Below, piece after piece: positions 37,786-48,037 of a stretch of 64,000 bases of DNA. Made by a program: the position numbers and the translations under genes. Location of the stretch: contig JBOGEN010000107.1 of the NCBI GenBank assembly GCA_050743265.1, positions 5,612 through 69,611 of the forward strand, read 5' to 3'. The first letter of the stretch is position 1. Each line of letters starts with the position of its first letter. Below the pieces are notes generated by a model. The model was not told the origin of the DNA. It was given only the letters and a program-made list of their open reading frames with translations, and searched no databases. The stretch is from Actinomycetes bacterium. GTDB taxonomy: Bacteria > Actinomycetota > Actinomycetes > JBOGEN01.

Positions 37786-38826
37786 CTACCTGACGCGTAC
37801 CTCCTCGGCCGGGCGCCGGCCCGAACGTGGACTGTCGATTCCGAGCCATCGGAGGGCGTTCCTCGCCGTGATCGCGTCGAGTACGTCCGGCGCCAGCCCC
37901 ATCGAGAGCAGCGTGCGGCCCGCCGGCTCCTCGCGCGGCATCGCCGGGAAGTCGGAACCGACCAGCAGCCGATCGGAGCCGAGAAGGTCGATCAGGAACC
38001 GGATCGCGCGGTGGTCGAAGACCAGCGAGTCGTAGTAGAAGCGCCGCGCGAGCTCGAGTGGCGACGGGCCGTCGTCCGGCATGAGTGCCCGCTCGGTCAC
38101 CGGCGGCTCCTCGTTCCACGAGCCACCCCAGAAGTACTGCGCGCGCGGCACCATGAGCGGAAAGCCGCCCGCGGCGTGGCTGAACGAGATCCGCAGGTCC
38201 GGGCACCTGGCGGCCGTGCCGCCGAGGATGAGGGAGGCTGCGGCCAGCGCCCCCTCGATGCCGACGACGTAGGTGCCCCTGGCGGACGTCGGCAACCGAT
38301 CGGTCGGGGTGGGCAGGGCGTGGACGAAGACCGCGAGGCCGAGCCGCTCGGCTTCGGCGAAGAACGGCAGGAACCTCTCCTCACCGATGGAGACGCCCAG
38401 CACGTTGGAGGCGATCTCCACGCCGAGCAGGCCGTGGTCGCGGACGACGGTCAGCTCGGAGGCCGCGGCGTCCGGGTCCTGGAGCGGAACCATGCCGAAC
38501 CCGATCAGCCGACTGGTGTCGTACGCACACAGCTCGGCCGTGAACGCGTTGACGTGCCGGGCGAGGGCGAGACCGTCGGCGAGCGCCAAGCCGTAGTTCA
38601 GCAAAGGCGGCATCGGGGTGAGGACCTCGAGGTCCACCCCGGAGTCGTCCATCTCTTCCACGCGCCGCTCGGCGTCGAAGAAGACGTCCCGGGCCTTGAA
38701 GCGCGTGCTCCCGAAGACCAACGTCCGGGCGGTACTCCCGTCGACCGGCTCCATGCGGGGAAAACACTCGGGAGCATCGGCCGGGTAGTCCCGCGGCAGG
38801 AGGTGGGCGTGGGCATCGACGAGCAC
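37786..38826 (-). CDS. Amidohydrolase-2 (ACMSD-like TIM-barrel metal hydrolase/decarboxylase) family protein
   Basis: MLVDAHAHLLP… metal-binding HxH start, and the internal HA…D motifs of the amidohydrolase_2 family. Confidence 0.7.
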   Translation of the reverse strand: MLVDAHAHLLPRDYPADAPECFPRMEPVDGSTARTLVFGSTRFKARDVFFDAERRVEEMDDSGVDLEVLTPMPPLLNYGLALADGLALARHVNAFTAELCAYDTSRLIGFGMVPLQDPDAAASELTVVRDHGLLGVEIASNVLGVSIGEERFLPFFAEAERLGLAVFVHALPTPTDRLPTSARGTYVVGIEGALAAASLILGGTAARCPDLRISFSHAAGGFPLMVPRAQYFWGGSWNEEPPVTERALMPDDGPSPLELARRFYYDSLVFDHRAIRFLIDLLGSDRLLVGSDFPAMPREEPAGRTLLSMGLAPDVLDAITARNALRWLGIDSPRSGRRPAEEVRVR

Positions 38827-38844
38827 GAGAGCCTCCAGGAGCCC

Positions 38845-39951
38845 TCAGCCGGCGTTCGGGTGGACCGAGACGTGGACGGCGGCCTCGTCTGCGACCTCGC
38901 CGCCGAGGGTCTCGACGGCCAGTGCGGTCTCGTCGAGTCCGAACGTGTGGGTGTGCATCTTCTCCAGCGGGACGCGGCGCGACTCGATGAGTGCGATCGC
39001 CTCGGCGTAGGCCGTGGCGTCCACGCCGAAGGCGCCGCGTACCGTGAGCGCGCGCTGGATCATCAGGTCGGTGCGGAGCGGTATCTCGCGCCCGCCCTTG
39101 AGACCGGCCAGCACCACGCGGCCCCCGTGGCGTACGGCGAGCATGGCGTCGCTGACCGGCTCGGCCGCCATCGGCGTCAGCTCGAGCGCGACGTCCGCCA
39201 TCGCCCCGTCGGTGACCTCCCGCACCCGGTCGACCGTGTCCTCGGCGTCGTCCCCGTCGACGACGATGCAGTGGTCGGCACCGAACTCACGAGCGAGGGC
39301 GAGCTTGTGGGCGTCGGCAGCCAGACCGGTGATGATGATCGTCCCGGCACCGGCGGCGCGTGCGGCGATCACGGCGGCGATCCCTCGCTGTCCCGACCCC
39401 AGGACCAGCACGGTCTCGCCGAGCCGAACCTCACCGAGGTGACATGCCCACCGCACGCCGGCGCCGAGCGGGTTGAACATGACCGCGAGCTCGGCGGGCA
39501 AGGTGTTGTCGATCTTGTGCAGAACCGAGGTGGGCGAGAGGTACATGTGCTCCGCCAGCCCGCCCCAGATCCCGGGTTCGGTGTCCACGCCGGTGACTCC
39601 GTGGCCGTACCTGCGGTTGCTGCAGGACTGGTAGCGGCCGGTGAGGCAGTTATGGCAGGCGCGGCACGGCACGATCACCTCGACGGCCACCCGGTCACCG
39701 GGCTGGACGCCCCAACGCGCTGCGGCGCGGTCGCCGACCTCCTCGACGATCCCCAGCGGCTCATGACCGGGGACGAAGGGGGGCTTGCCCTTCCCGAGAT
39801 GACCGCGGTAGGTCTCGACGTCGCTGCCGCAGATGCCGTTGGCCTCGACGCGTAGGAGACCGTCGTCAGGACCGGTGACGGGGCGGGTGAACTCGCGCAT
39901 CTCGATCGTCCGTGGCGCGGTCTGGACGGCGGCACGTACCAGGTCACTCAT
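38845..39951 (-). CDS. Zinc-binding MDR-family alcohol dehydrogenase
   Basis: GICGSDVETYRG…GHEPLG catalytic Zn motif. GxGxxG NAD site VLGSGQRGIAAV. Confidence 0.8.
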   Translation of the reverse strand: MSDLVRAAVQTAPRTIEMREFTRPVTGPDDGLLRVEANGICGSDVETYRGHLGKGKPPFVPGHEPLGIVEEVGDRAAARWGVQPGDRVAVEVIVPCRACHNCLTGRYQSCSNRRYGHGVTGVDTEPGIWGGLAEHMYLSPTSVLHKIDNTLPAELAVMFNPLGAGVRWACHLGEVRLGETVLVLGSGQRGIAAVIAARAAGAGTIIITGLAADAHKLALAREFGADHCIVVDGDDAEDTVDRVREVTDGAMADVALELTPMAAEPVSDAMLAVRHGGRVVLAGLKGGREIPLRTDLMIQRALTVRGAFGVDATAYAEAIALIESRRVPLEKMHTHTFGLDETALAVETLGGEVADEAAVHVSVHPNAG

Positions 39952-39962
39952 CAGGTCTCTCC

Positions 39963-40538
39963 TCAGCGCTCCAGCAGGCGGTCACATCGGTCCCCGGTCG
40001 TCAGCAGGGACACGACCTCGGGCACCAGCCGCCTCCCTCGCTCCCTGACCTCCTCGGGAGTCAGTGCTGACACCGGATGCTCGGTGACGACGTAGTCGTA
40101 GTCCGGCGCGCCACGGAGCTCGGCCATCGCGTCCGCCGTGACGACGAACTCCTCGGTGCAGATCACGGCTGCCGGCAGGCCCGCCTGCTCGAACAGGATC
40201 CCGTCGGCAACCGCCGACGCACTGCACGACTCGCAGTCACCGACACCGGTGACGACGAGGTCGCACGTCCGGCGGTACCGCTCGGCGACCTCGTCGGACA
40301 CCGGCCAGGCGAAGGCAGCCTTGCTCTGGACCAGGCTGACGGAGGCCACGCCGTGCTCGGCGACGAGCAGCGTCCCGATGGCAGCCAGCAGGAGCTCGGC
40401 GTTGCGCTTCGAGTTCCCCAGGAGTCCCACACGGGCAGCGGCGAGGTCCGGACGGCGCTGCGCGAGACCGGTCCGGTACAGCTTCTCCGGACCTGTGACG
40501 CCGGTCCATCCGGTCGGGAGGACGAACTCGTCCGGCAC
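39963..40538 (-). CDS. UGSC-family protein, Cys-containing paralogue (CESC motif), copy 1
   Basis: …DLVVTGVGDCESCSASAVADGILFEQAGLPAAVICTEEF… Paralogous to 50067..50621 and to the TGA-containing 55253..55789. Confidence 0.65.
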   Translation of the reverse strand: MPDEFVLPTGWTGVTGPEKLYRTGLAQRRPDLAAARVGLLGNSKRNAELLLAAIGTLLVAEHGVASVSLVQSKAAFAWPVSDEVAERYRRTCDLVVTGVGDCESCSASAVADGILFEQAGLPAAVICTEEFVVTADAMAELRGAPDYDYVVTEHPVSALTPEEVRERGRRLVPEVVSLLTTGDRCDRLLER

Positions 40539-40597
40539 CGGGCACCCCCTCGGGTCAGCTCAGGCACGCGATACGGCGGCATGGCTTCGCGCGGCAC

Positions 40598-41719
40598 TCA
40601 GCTCTCGTGGACGATCACACCGCGGATGTTCTTGCCCTCGGTGAGGTCGCGATAGGCGTCGTTGACCTCGTCGAGCCGGTAACGGCGGGTGATCAGCTCG
40701 TCCAGCTTGAGATCGCCGGCGCGGTAGAGGTCCAGCAGCCTCGGAATGTCGAACAGGGGGTTGCAGTCGCCGAACAGCGCACCGCGGACCTGTCGCTGGT
40801 AGCTGATCAACGCGCCGGCGTGGACGTGCACCGCGCGCTCGCCGGCGTGCCCGACGGCGGTGATGACGACCTTGCCACCCTTGCCGACCACCTGGACGGC
40901 ATCGTTCACCATCTCCTCGGTGACGACCCCAGGCGTGCAGATCGCGCGATCGGCCAGCTTGCCCCACGTCGTCTCGACGACGAACTCGTGCGCCTCCTTG
41001 GCCGTGGCAAAGGTGTGGGTGGCGCCGAAGAACGTGGCCGTGTCGCGCTTGAACTCGACCGGGTCCACGACCACCACGTTCTTCGCGCCGGCGTACCTGG
41101 CCCCTTGCACCGCGTTGCTCCCCAGGCCCCCCGCGCCGTAGATCACGACGGTCTCACCGGCTCGTACGCCGGCGGAGTAGACGGCCGAGCCCCAGCCCGT
41201 CGGTACGCCACAGCCGACCAGCGAGGCGACGTCGAACGGGATGTCGTCGGCGATCGGCACGCAGGCGAACTCGGAGACCACGGCGTACTGCGAGAAGGTC
41301 CCGAGCGAGCAGAAGCCGCCGAGGTCCTCCTCACCGAGGTGGAACCGGAAGGTCCCGTCGAGGAACATGCCGGTCCCGGCGTTGAGGCCCTTGACGCACA
41401 TGTTCTGGTGTCCCGCCGAACAGGGACGGCAGGCACCACATGCGGGGATGTACGAGCAGACGATGCGGTCGCCGACCTTGACACGTCGGACGTGCGGTCC
41501 GACGGCCTCGACGACCCCGGCGCCCTCGTGCCCCCCGACGATCGGGAACCGTGCGCGGGCGACGTCCCCGGTCGTGATGTGGTGGTCGGAGTGGCAGAGG
41601 CCGGCGGCGTGGAACCGCACGCGGACCTCGTACTCCTTGGGGTCGTCGAGCTGCAGCTCCGCCAGCTCCCAGCCGATGTGGGGGCCTCGTGCGATAGCAG
41701 CTCGGGTCGTGATGCTCAT
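40598..41719 (-). CDS. Class-III-like Zn alcohol dehydrogenase of the NDMA/mycofactocin-dependent type
   Basis: GLCHSDHH…GHEGAGVV Zn motifs. Start MSITTRAAIARGP. Close paralogue of 43240..44349. Confidence 0.75.
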   Translation of the reverse strand: MSITTRAAIARGPHIGWELAELQLDDPKEYEVRVRFHAAGLCHSDHHITTGDVARARFPIVGGHEGAGVVEAVGPHVRRVKVGDRIVCSYIPACGACRPCSAGHQNMCVKGLNAGTGMFLDGTFRFHLGEEDLGGFCSLGTFSQYAVVSEFACVPIADDIPFDVASLVGCGVPTGWGSAVYSAGVRAGETVVIYGAGGLGSNAVQGARYAGAKNVVVVDPVEFKRDTATFFGATHTFATAKEAHEFVVETTWGKLADRAICTPGVVTEEMVNDAVQVVGKGGKVVITAVGHAGERAVHVHAGALISYQRQVRGALFGDCNPLFDIPRLLDLYRAGDLKLDELITRRYRLDEVNDAYRDLTEGKNIRGVIVHES

Positions 41720-41756
41720 CAGCCTCTTCTCCTCCCTCGTACGCGGGTCGCCGGCC

Positions 41757-43229
41757 TCACGCGGTGCCGCGCAAAGAGACCGTCTTGACCTGCGTGTACT
41801 CGAGGACCGCGTCTGCCCCCATCGTTCTGCCGAACCCGCTGCGCTTGTAGCCGCCGAACGGGCCGCCGATGACTCCGGCTCCGATGGCGTTGTTGACACC
41901 CACCTGACCCGCGAGCAGGCGACGACTCATCCGGACGGCCTTGCCCACGTCCGCCGTCCACACCGACGCGACCAGGCCGTAGTCCGTCCCGTTGGCGACC
42001 TCGAGGGCCTCGTCCTCGTCGTCGACCGGGATGACCGAGAGCACCGGCCCGAAGATCTCCTCCCGGGCGATGCGCATCTGCGGTGCGACCTCGTCGAAGA
42101 GCGTCGGCTCGACGAAGAGGCCGCGCTCGTACTGCTCACCGGACGGCGGCCCGCCGCCCGTGACGAGCTCCGCGCCCTCGTCACGACCGACCTGCATGTA
42201 GCCCAGGACGCGGGCGTGCTGCTGCTCGTTGATCAACGGACCCATCCGCACCTTCTCGTGCCAGGGACCGATACTCACGGTGGCCATGTGCTCGGCGAGG
42301 CGCGAGACCACCTCACGATGCACGCTGCGCTCGACCAGGACGCGTGACCCGGCGGCGCAGACCTGTCCGGTGTTCAGGGTGATGCCGGCGATCATGGCGG
42401 GCACGGCGACGTCGAGGTCGGCGTCGGCGAAGACCAGCTGCGGGGACTTGCCGCCGAGCTCCAGGTGCAGCGGGGTGAGGTTCCTGGCGCACGCCGCCAT
42501 CACCAGCTCGCCCGTCTCGGGCGATCCGGTGAAGCTCATCCGGCGGATCCGCGGATGGGCGGGGATGGCCGCGCCCGCCTCCTCGCCGTACCCGGTGACC
42601 ACGTTGATGACGCCGGGCGGGATCCCGGCCTCGAGCGCCAGCTTGGCCAGCGCGAGTGGCGTGAGGGGCGCGTCCTCGGCGGGCTTGATCACGATGGTGT
42701 TGCCGGCGGCGATGGCGGCTCCGACGTCGTTGCTGAACATCGCCCCCGGTGCGTTCCACGGGATCACGCTGCCGACCACGCCGTACGGCTCACGCAGGGT
42801 CAGACCGAGGACGTCCGGTGTGTGCGTGGGCAGGGAGAGGCCGTGCACCTTGTCCGCCTGCCCGGCGATGAACCGGAGGATCCGCGGCATGGGGGGCGGA
42901 CCCCAGTGAGGTCGGCCCACCTCCTGGGACTCGAGCTGGTCGATCTCGGCGGCGTGCTCGTCGACGAGCTGCGCCCACCGGTGGATGAGCTCGCCGCGGG
43001 TGGTGGACTTGGTGTCCCGCCACGCCGGGTACGCCTCTTCGGCCGCCAGGACGGCCCGGTCGACGTCGGCCTTGTCCCCGCGGGGAACGCGGGCCAGGAC
43101 CTCCCTGGTGGCAGGGTTGATCACGTCGATGGTCTCGTTCGTCGCAGCCGGCACCCACTCGCCACCGATGAGGTGCGCGCCTTCCACGAGCAGCGACCCG
43201 GTCGACGTCGGGGCTGTGATGGTCGTCAT
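41757..43229 (-). CDS. Aldehyde dehydrogenase-family protein
   Basis: ELGGKSP and the catalytic Cys region NTGQVCAAGSR. Confidence 0.85.
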   Translation of the reverse strand: MTTITAPTSTGSLLVEGAHLIGGEWVPAATNETIDVINPATREVLARVPRGDKADVDRAVLAAEEAYPAWRDTKSTTRGELIHRWAQLVDEHAAEIDQLESQEVGRPHWGPPPMPRILRFIAGQADKVHGLSLPTHTPDVLGLTLREPYGVVGSVIPWNAPGAMFSNDVGAAIAAGNTIVIKPAEDAPLTPLALAKLALEAGIPPGVINVVTGYGEEAGAAIPAHPRIRRMSFTGSPETGELVMAACARNLTPLHLELGGKSPQLVFADADLDVAVPAMIAGITLNTGQVCAAGSRVLVERSVHREVVSRLAEHMATVSIGPWHEKVRMGPLINEQQHARVLGYMQVGRDEGAELVTGGGPPSGEQYERGLFVEPTLFDEVAPQMRIAREEIFGPVLSVIPVDDEDEALEVANGTDYGLVASVWTADVGKAVRMSRRLLAGQVGVNNAIGAGVIGGPFGGYKRSGFGRTMGADAVLEYTQVKTVSLRGTA

Positions 43230-43239
43230 TCGTCGCTCC

Positions 43240-44349
43240 TCAGTGCTCGTGAATGATCACGCCGCGGACGTTCTTGCCGTCCAACATGTCCTGGTAGCCC
43301 TGGTTGACGTCCTCCAGGCGGTAGCGGCGGGTGATGAGCTCGTCCAGCTTGAGATGGCCGCTGCGGTAGAGACCGAAAAGGTGCGGCACGTCGAAGAGCG
43401 GGTTGCAGCCCCCGAAGATTGCCCCCTGGACTCGGCGCTCGTAGCCGATGAACATGCCGGGGTGCTCGTTGATCGAGCCGTTGCCCACCGCGGTGATCGT
43501 GACCTGGCCGGCCTTGCCGACGACCGCGAGGGCATCGTGGATCACCTCGTCGTGCAGGACGCCGACCGTGATGATGGCGTGGTCCGCGAGCTCGCCCCAC
43601 GTCGTCTCGACGACGAAGTCGTGGGCCTCCTTGGCCGAGGCGAAGGTGTGCGTGGCCCCGAACTCCATGGCCGACTCGCGCTTGAACTCGACCGGGTCCA
43701 CCACGACGACGTTCTTGGCCCCCGCCAGGCTGGCGCCCTGCACGGCGTTCATGCCCACGCCGCCCGAGCCGTAGGTCACCACGGTCTGGCCGGCACGGAC
43801 TCCCGCGGCGTGGACGGCGGACCCCCAGCCCGTGGGGACGCCGCACGCGACGAGAGCGGCCGAGTCGAACGGGATGTCCTTCGCGATCGGGATGCAGGAG
43901 AACTCGGAGACGACGGCGTACCGGGAGAACGTCCCGAGAACACACAGCCCGCCGAAGTCCTCGCCGTCCTGGTGGAACCTGAACGTCCCGTCCGGGAACA
44001 TCCCGGTCGAGGCGTTCTTGCCCGCATCGCACAGGTTCTGGCGTCCGGTCGAGCAGTAGCGACACGAGCCGCAGACGGGGATGAACGAGCACACCACGTG
44101 GTCGCCGGCGGACACGCGGGTCACGCCGTCCCCCACCGCATCCACCACGCCGGCACCCTCGTGCCCTCCGACCACCGGGAAGCGCATCCGCGCGTCACCC
44201 TTCTGGATGTGGTCGTCGGAGTGGCACAAGCCGGCCGCATGGAACTTGATGCGGACCTCGTTGGCCTTCGGCTCGTCGAGCTCCAGCTCGGTGATCTCCC
44301 AGGGCCGGCCAGGCTCGCGGCACACCGCGGCGAGGGTCGTCATGCTCAT
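43240..44349 (-). CDS. Class-III-like Zn alcohol dehydrogenase (NDMA/mycofactocin-dependent type), paralogue
   Basis: GLCHSDDH…GHEGAGVV. Start MSMTTLAAV. Confidence 0.75.
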   Translation of the reverse strand: MSMTTLAAVCREPGRPWEITELELDEPKANEVRIKFHAAGLCHSDDHIQKGDARMRFPVVGGHEGAGVVDAVGDGVTRVSAGDHVVCSFIPVCGSCRYCSTGRQNLCDAGKNASTGMFPDGTFRFHQDGEDFGGLCVLGTFSRYAVVSEFSCIPIAKDIPFDSAALVACGVPTGWGSAVHAAGVRAGQTVVTYGSGGVGMNAVQGASLAGAKNVVVVDPVEFKRESAMEFGATHTFASAKEAHDFVVETTWGELADHAIITVGVLHDEVIHDALAVVGKAGQVTITAVGNGSINEHPGMFIGYERRVQGAIFGGCNPLFDVPHLFGLYRSGHLKLDELITRRYRLEDVNQGYQDMLDGKNVRGVIIHEH

Positions 44350-44722
44350 GTGGATGCCCTTCCCCAAGGTGACGATGGCCAGCAGCCACGCCCACCGGCG
44401 GCGGGCGTCTGCGTCATGTCGGGCGAGGCCGCCCGTGGCCACCTCACGATCGCGTCACACCAGCACCGGGCACCACAGCCTTTTCACTTCGCGGAAGACG
44501 AACCTGCGCTCCCGCGGGCGAGGCCGAGGCGTCCGCACCGTGCTTCTGTGACGTGGAAGAGCCGGTTCCCCCGACGTCTGAGCCCTGTTAACTTCCCGGC
44601 ATTCGCAGGCGCGTCGCCAAACACGTCGTCACCTGCCCTTTGTGCGCCGCGAGACGCTGCCGGGCCCATGCGCGTGCGCGTCGCCGTTGTCGGTCCTGTT
44701 GCTCTGCTCGGAAGGATGCGTC

Positions 44723-45469
44723 GTGATCGACAAGGTTCGGGAGGACGTGATGGCCACGCTCGACGTGGTCCCGTCAGGGGCGTCGATCGCCGTGGGGGGC
44801 TTCGGGAGCTCGGGAAGACCGGACACCCTGCTGGACGCGTTGTGCGACCTGGACCGTCGTGACCTTCACCTGATCGTCAACAACGTCGGAAACGACTTCA
44901 CGGGAGTCGGCCGCCTGGTGGTCGAGCGCCGTGTGCGCAGGCTGACAGCGTCGTTTCCGGTGCTCCCGGAGTTCTACGACGAGTACTTCGCCGGCAGGGT
45001 GGAGTTCGAGCTGATCCCCCAGGGAACCCTGGCCGAGCGGCTGCGTGCGGGTGGGGCCGGCATTCCGGCGTTCTTCACGCCCTCCGGCGCCGGCACCATG
45101 CTGGCCGATGGCAGCTTTCCCCTGCGGTACGCCGACAGCGCTCCCGTGGAACACCTCGCGGCCAAGGAGAGCCGCCAGTTCGGGGGGCGCGAGCACGTCC
45201 TCGAGTACGGCATCGTCGCCGACTTCGGCCTGGTGAAGGCACACAAGGCCGATCCCAAGGGGAACCTGCGCTTCCGGCTGTCGGCACGCAACTTCAACCC
45301 GCTCGCCGCGATGTCGGCCAGACACACCTTCGCGGAGGTGGAGCACATCGTTCGAGCCGACGAGATCCACCCGGACGACGTCCACCTCCCTGGCGTGTGT
45401 GTGGACGACGTCTTCCTCGCATCCGGCGCATCGCCCAGGCAACCGACGACCGTGGGGGCCTCGTCATGA
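44723..45469 (+). CDS. CoA-transferase subunit A (3-oxoacid CoA-transferase family)
   Basis: GASIAVGGFGSSGRP N-terminal motif. GTG start 7 nt after ggaagga. Confidence 0.8.
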   Translation: MIDKVREDVMATLDVVPSGASIAVGGFGSSGRPDTLLDALCDLDRRDLHLIVNNVGNDFTGVGRLVVERRVRRLTASFPVLPEFYDEYFAGRVEFELIPQGTLAERLRAGGAGIPAFFTPSGAGTMLADGSFPLRYADSAPVEHLAAKESRQFGGREHVLEYGIVADFGLVKAHKADPKGNLRFRLSARNFNPLAAMSARHTFAEVEHIVRADEIHPDDVHLPGVCVDDVFLASGASPRQPTTVGASS

Positions 45470-46134
45470 CAGACACCGTCAGCCCGGCCACCGTGGTCGG
45501 ACGCAGCCGGGAGGCCATCGCCGAGCGGCTCGCCCAGGACTTCGAGGACGGCTACGTCGTCAACCTGGGCGTGGGGATCCCCCTTGCCGTCCCACGGTTC
45601 ATCCCCGACGGCGTCGAGGTCTTCCTGCATGCAGAGCACGGTGTCTTTGGCCTCGGCCCGTTGGCAGCTCCTGGTGAGGAGGACCTGGACCTGACCGACG
45701 CGGGGAAGCAGCCGGTCACGCTGATCAGCGGCGCCGCCATCGTCGACTCCGCCACGTCGTTCGCCATCATCCGCGGCGGGCACCTCGACGTGGCCGTCCT
45801 GGGAGCGCTGCAGGTCTCCGGCACCGGCGACCTGGCGAACTGGTACGTCCCGGGTAAGAACCCTGCGGTCGGTGGCGCGATGGACCTGGTCGCGGGCACT
45901 CCGGAGGTGTGGGTCACGATGGAGCACGTCGACCGACGAGGGCGACCGAAGATCGTCGAGGAGTGCACCTTCCCTCTGACCGGCCGGGGCGTGGTCACCC
46001 GTGTGTACACCGACCTGGCGGTCTTCCACGTCGTGGAGGGTGAGCTCCGCCTCACCGAATGCGCTCCGGGCGTGTCACCGAGCGACATTCGGAGCCGTAC
46101 GGCAGCGCCGTACGTGGACATGCTCGACGCGTGA
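45466..46134 (+). CDS. CoA-transferase subunit B
   Basis: ATGA overlap with subunit A. NLGVGIP…L..SGTGDLANW motifs. Confidence 0.8.
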   Translation: MTDTVSPATVVGRSREAIAERLAQDFEDGYVVNLGVGIPLAVPRFIPDGVEVFLHAEHGVFGLGPLAAPGEEDLDLTDAGKQPVTLISGAAIVDSATSFAIIRGGHLDVAVLGALQVSGTGDLANWYVPGKNPAVGGAMDLVAGTPEVWVTMEHVDRRGRPKIVEECTFPLTGRGVVTRVYTDLAVFHVVEGELRLTECAPGVSPSDIRSRTAAPYVDMLDA

Positions 46135-46187
46135 CCGTCACCCGACGACCCAGCCCTCACCGAACCGACGACGAGGAAAGAGTCACC

Positions 46188-47096
46188 GTGCCGGATATCG
46201 ACGTCGACAGCACCATCGCGATCGACGTGCACACGCACGTGCACCGCTCCGTCCGCGCCCCGGAGAGGCGAGGGGGCGGCAACGAGGAGATGGGCGGGTA
46301 CTTCGGGATCGGCACGATGCCGCACTACACCGTTCCCGAGCTGGCCGCCTACTACCGAGAACGCAACATGGTCTGCGTCGCCTTCACGGTCGACAACCTG
46401 ACCCCCGCCTCCGACGAGCCCGAGGTGGACAACGTCGAGATCGCGGAGCTGGCGGCGGAGCACGCGGACGTGATCATCCCGTTCGCCAGCGTCCATCCCG
46501 CACGTGGGCAGGCCGGTGCGCGTCTGGCACGGCGACTCGTGACCGACTACGGCGTGCGAGGGTTCAAGTTCCACCCGAACACGCAGGGCTTCTATCCGAA
46601 CGACCGGGTCGCGTACCCCCTCTACGAGATCATCGCCGAGTACGGACTGGTGGCCCTCTTCCACACCGGGCAGACCGGCGTCGGGGCAGGCGCGCACGGT
46701 GGCGGCGGGGTGCGGCTCAAGTACTCGAACCCGCTCCACGTCGACGACGTCGCCGTCGACTTCCCCGACATGGACATCATTCTCGCCCACCCCTCGTTCC
46801 CGTGGCAGGACGAGGCGCTCTCGATCGCCACGCACAAGCCGCGCGTCTACATCGACCTCTCCGGCTGGTCGCCGAAGTACTTCCCGCCTCAGCTGGTGCG
46901 CTACGCCAACAGCCTCCTCCGCACCAAGGTGCTCTTCGGCTCCGACTTCCCCGCCATCACCCCGGAGCGGTGGATGAGCGACTTCGAGAAGCTCGACCTC
47001 AAGCCGGAGGTGAGGCCGCTCATCATGAAGGACAACGCCGCGCGCCTCTTCGGTCTCACCAACGGCACGGCCGCATCCCCCGACAAGGAGCACTGA
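46188..47096 (+). CDS. Amidohydrolase-2-family TIM-barrel hydrolase
   Basis: GTG start 7 nt after aggaaaga. IDVHTHVH metal-binding start, …FKFHP…, and HPSFPW near the C-terminus. Confidence 0.7.
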   Translation: MPDIDVDSTIAIDVHTHVHRSVRAPERRGGGNEEMGGYFGIGTMPHYTVPELAAYYRERNMVCVAFTVDNLTPASDEPEVDNVEIAELAAEHADVIIPFASVHPARGQAGARLARRLVTDYGVRGFKFHPNTQGFYPNDRVAYPLYEIIAEYGLVALFHTGQTGVGAGAHGGGGVRLKYSNPLHVDDVAVDFPDMDIILAHPSFPWQDEALSIATHKPRVYIDLSGWSPKYFPPQLVRYANSLLRTKVLFGSDFPAITPERWMSDFEKLDLKPEVRPLIMKDNAARLFGLTNGTAASPDKEH

Positions 47097-47101
47097 GCGC
47101 C

Positions 47102-48037
47102 ATGGAGGACGTCACGGGCAAGGTCGCCTTCATCACAGGCGGCTCCAGCGGGATCGGCCGGGGAATCGCCCTGGCGTTCGCGCGAGCGGGGATGTCCGTC
47201 GTGATCAGCGGACGGCGACAGCAGCACCTGGACGAGTCGGCGGCCATGTTCGAGGCGGAGGGGCTCGACGTCCACGGAATGCGGCTCGACGTCACCGACG
47301 CGTCTGCTGTCGAGCGGGCCGCCGCGGACACGGAGCGACGGTACGGGGCCGTCCACGTGCTGGTGAACAACGCCGGCATCGGGCTCAGCGGCCCGGTGGC
47401 CCAAGCCAAGCGTGGCGACTGGGACTGGCTCATCGACGTCAACATCCGAGGCGTAGGACACGGCCTGCAGGCTTTCCTCCCCCGCATCCGCGCTCACGGG
47501 GAGGGCGGCCACATCGTGAACACCACGTCCATGGCGGGGCTGCTCCCCGTGGTCGCCGGGCTCTACAGCATGACGAAGGCCGCGGTCATCGCACTCTCGG
47601 AGACGCTGCACATCGAGCTCGCCGACGAGAACATCGGCGTCTCGGCGTACTGCCCCGGGCCGGTCATCAGCAACATCGCGTCGGGCAGAGCCGAACGGCC
47701 GGCGCAGTACGCAGACACCGGCTACGCCCCGCCTGACCCTGCGCGAGCAGCCCGCGCGCAGTCGATGCCCTACATGAGCGCCATCGAGGCCGGGGAGCGT
47801 GTGCTCCACGGGGTTCGGCGCAACGACCTGTTCATCCTCACCCATCCCGAGTTCCGGGAGGGTGTGCGGGAGCGTTTCGAGACGGTGCTCGAGGCCTTTC
47901 CCGACGAGCCGCTCGACGACGAGCGTGCCTCGACGATCACGTTCCTGACCTCGCACCAGGCCTACGCACCCGGGTCCCGGCCGGAGCCACCGCAGGGACC
48001 GTTCAGGGCACGTACGCCGGCGTCGAGTCCAGGGTGA
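47102..48037 (+). CDS. SDR-family oxidoreductase
   Basis: AFITGGSSGIGRG and YSMTKAA catalytic motif. The track ORF 46001..48037 is a read-through artefact. Confidence 0.8.
   Translation: MEDVTGKVAFITGGSSGIGRGIALAFARAGMSVVISGRRQQHLDESAAMFEAEGLDVHGMRLDVTDASAVERAAADTERRYGAVHVLVNNAGIGLSGPVAQAKRGDWDWLIDVNIRGVGHGLQAFLPRIRAHGEGGHIVNTTSMAGLLPVVAGLYSMTKAAVIALSETLHIELADENIGVSAYCPGPVISNIASGRAERPAQYADTGYAPPDPARAARAQSMPYMSAIEAGERVLHGVRRNDLFILTHPEFREGVRERFETVLEAFPDEPLDDERASTITFLTSHQAYAPGSRPEPPQGPFRARTPASSPG

Noticed and set aside
46001-47101. N-terminal part of the 678-aa ORF fused to the SDR gene
   Set aside because: Out of frame with the CoA-transferase B and amidohydrolase genes it overlaps. The SDR starts at its own ATG (47102).
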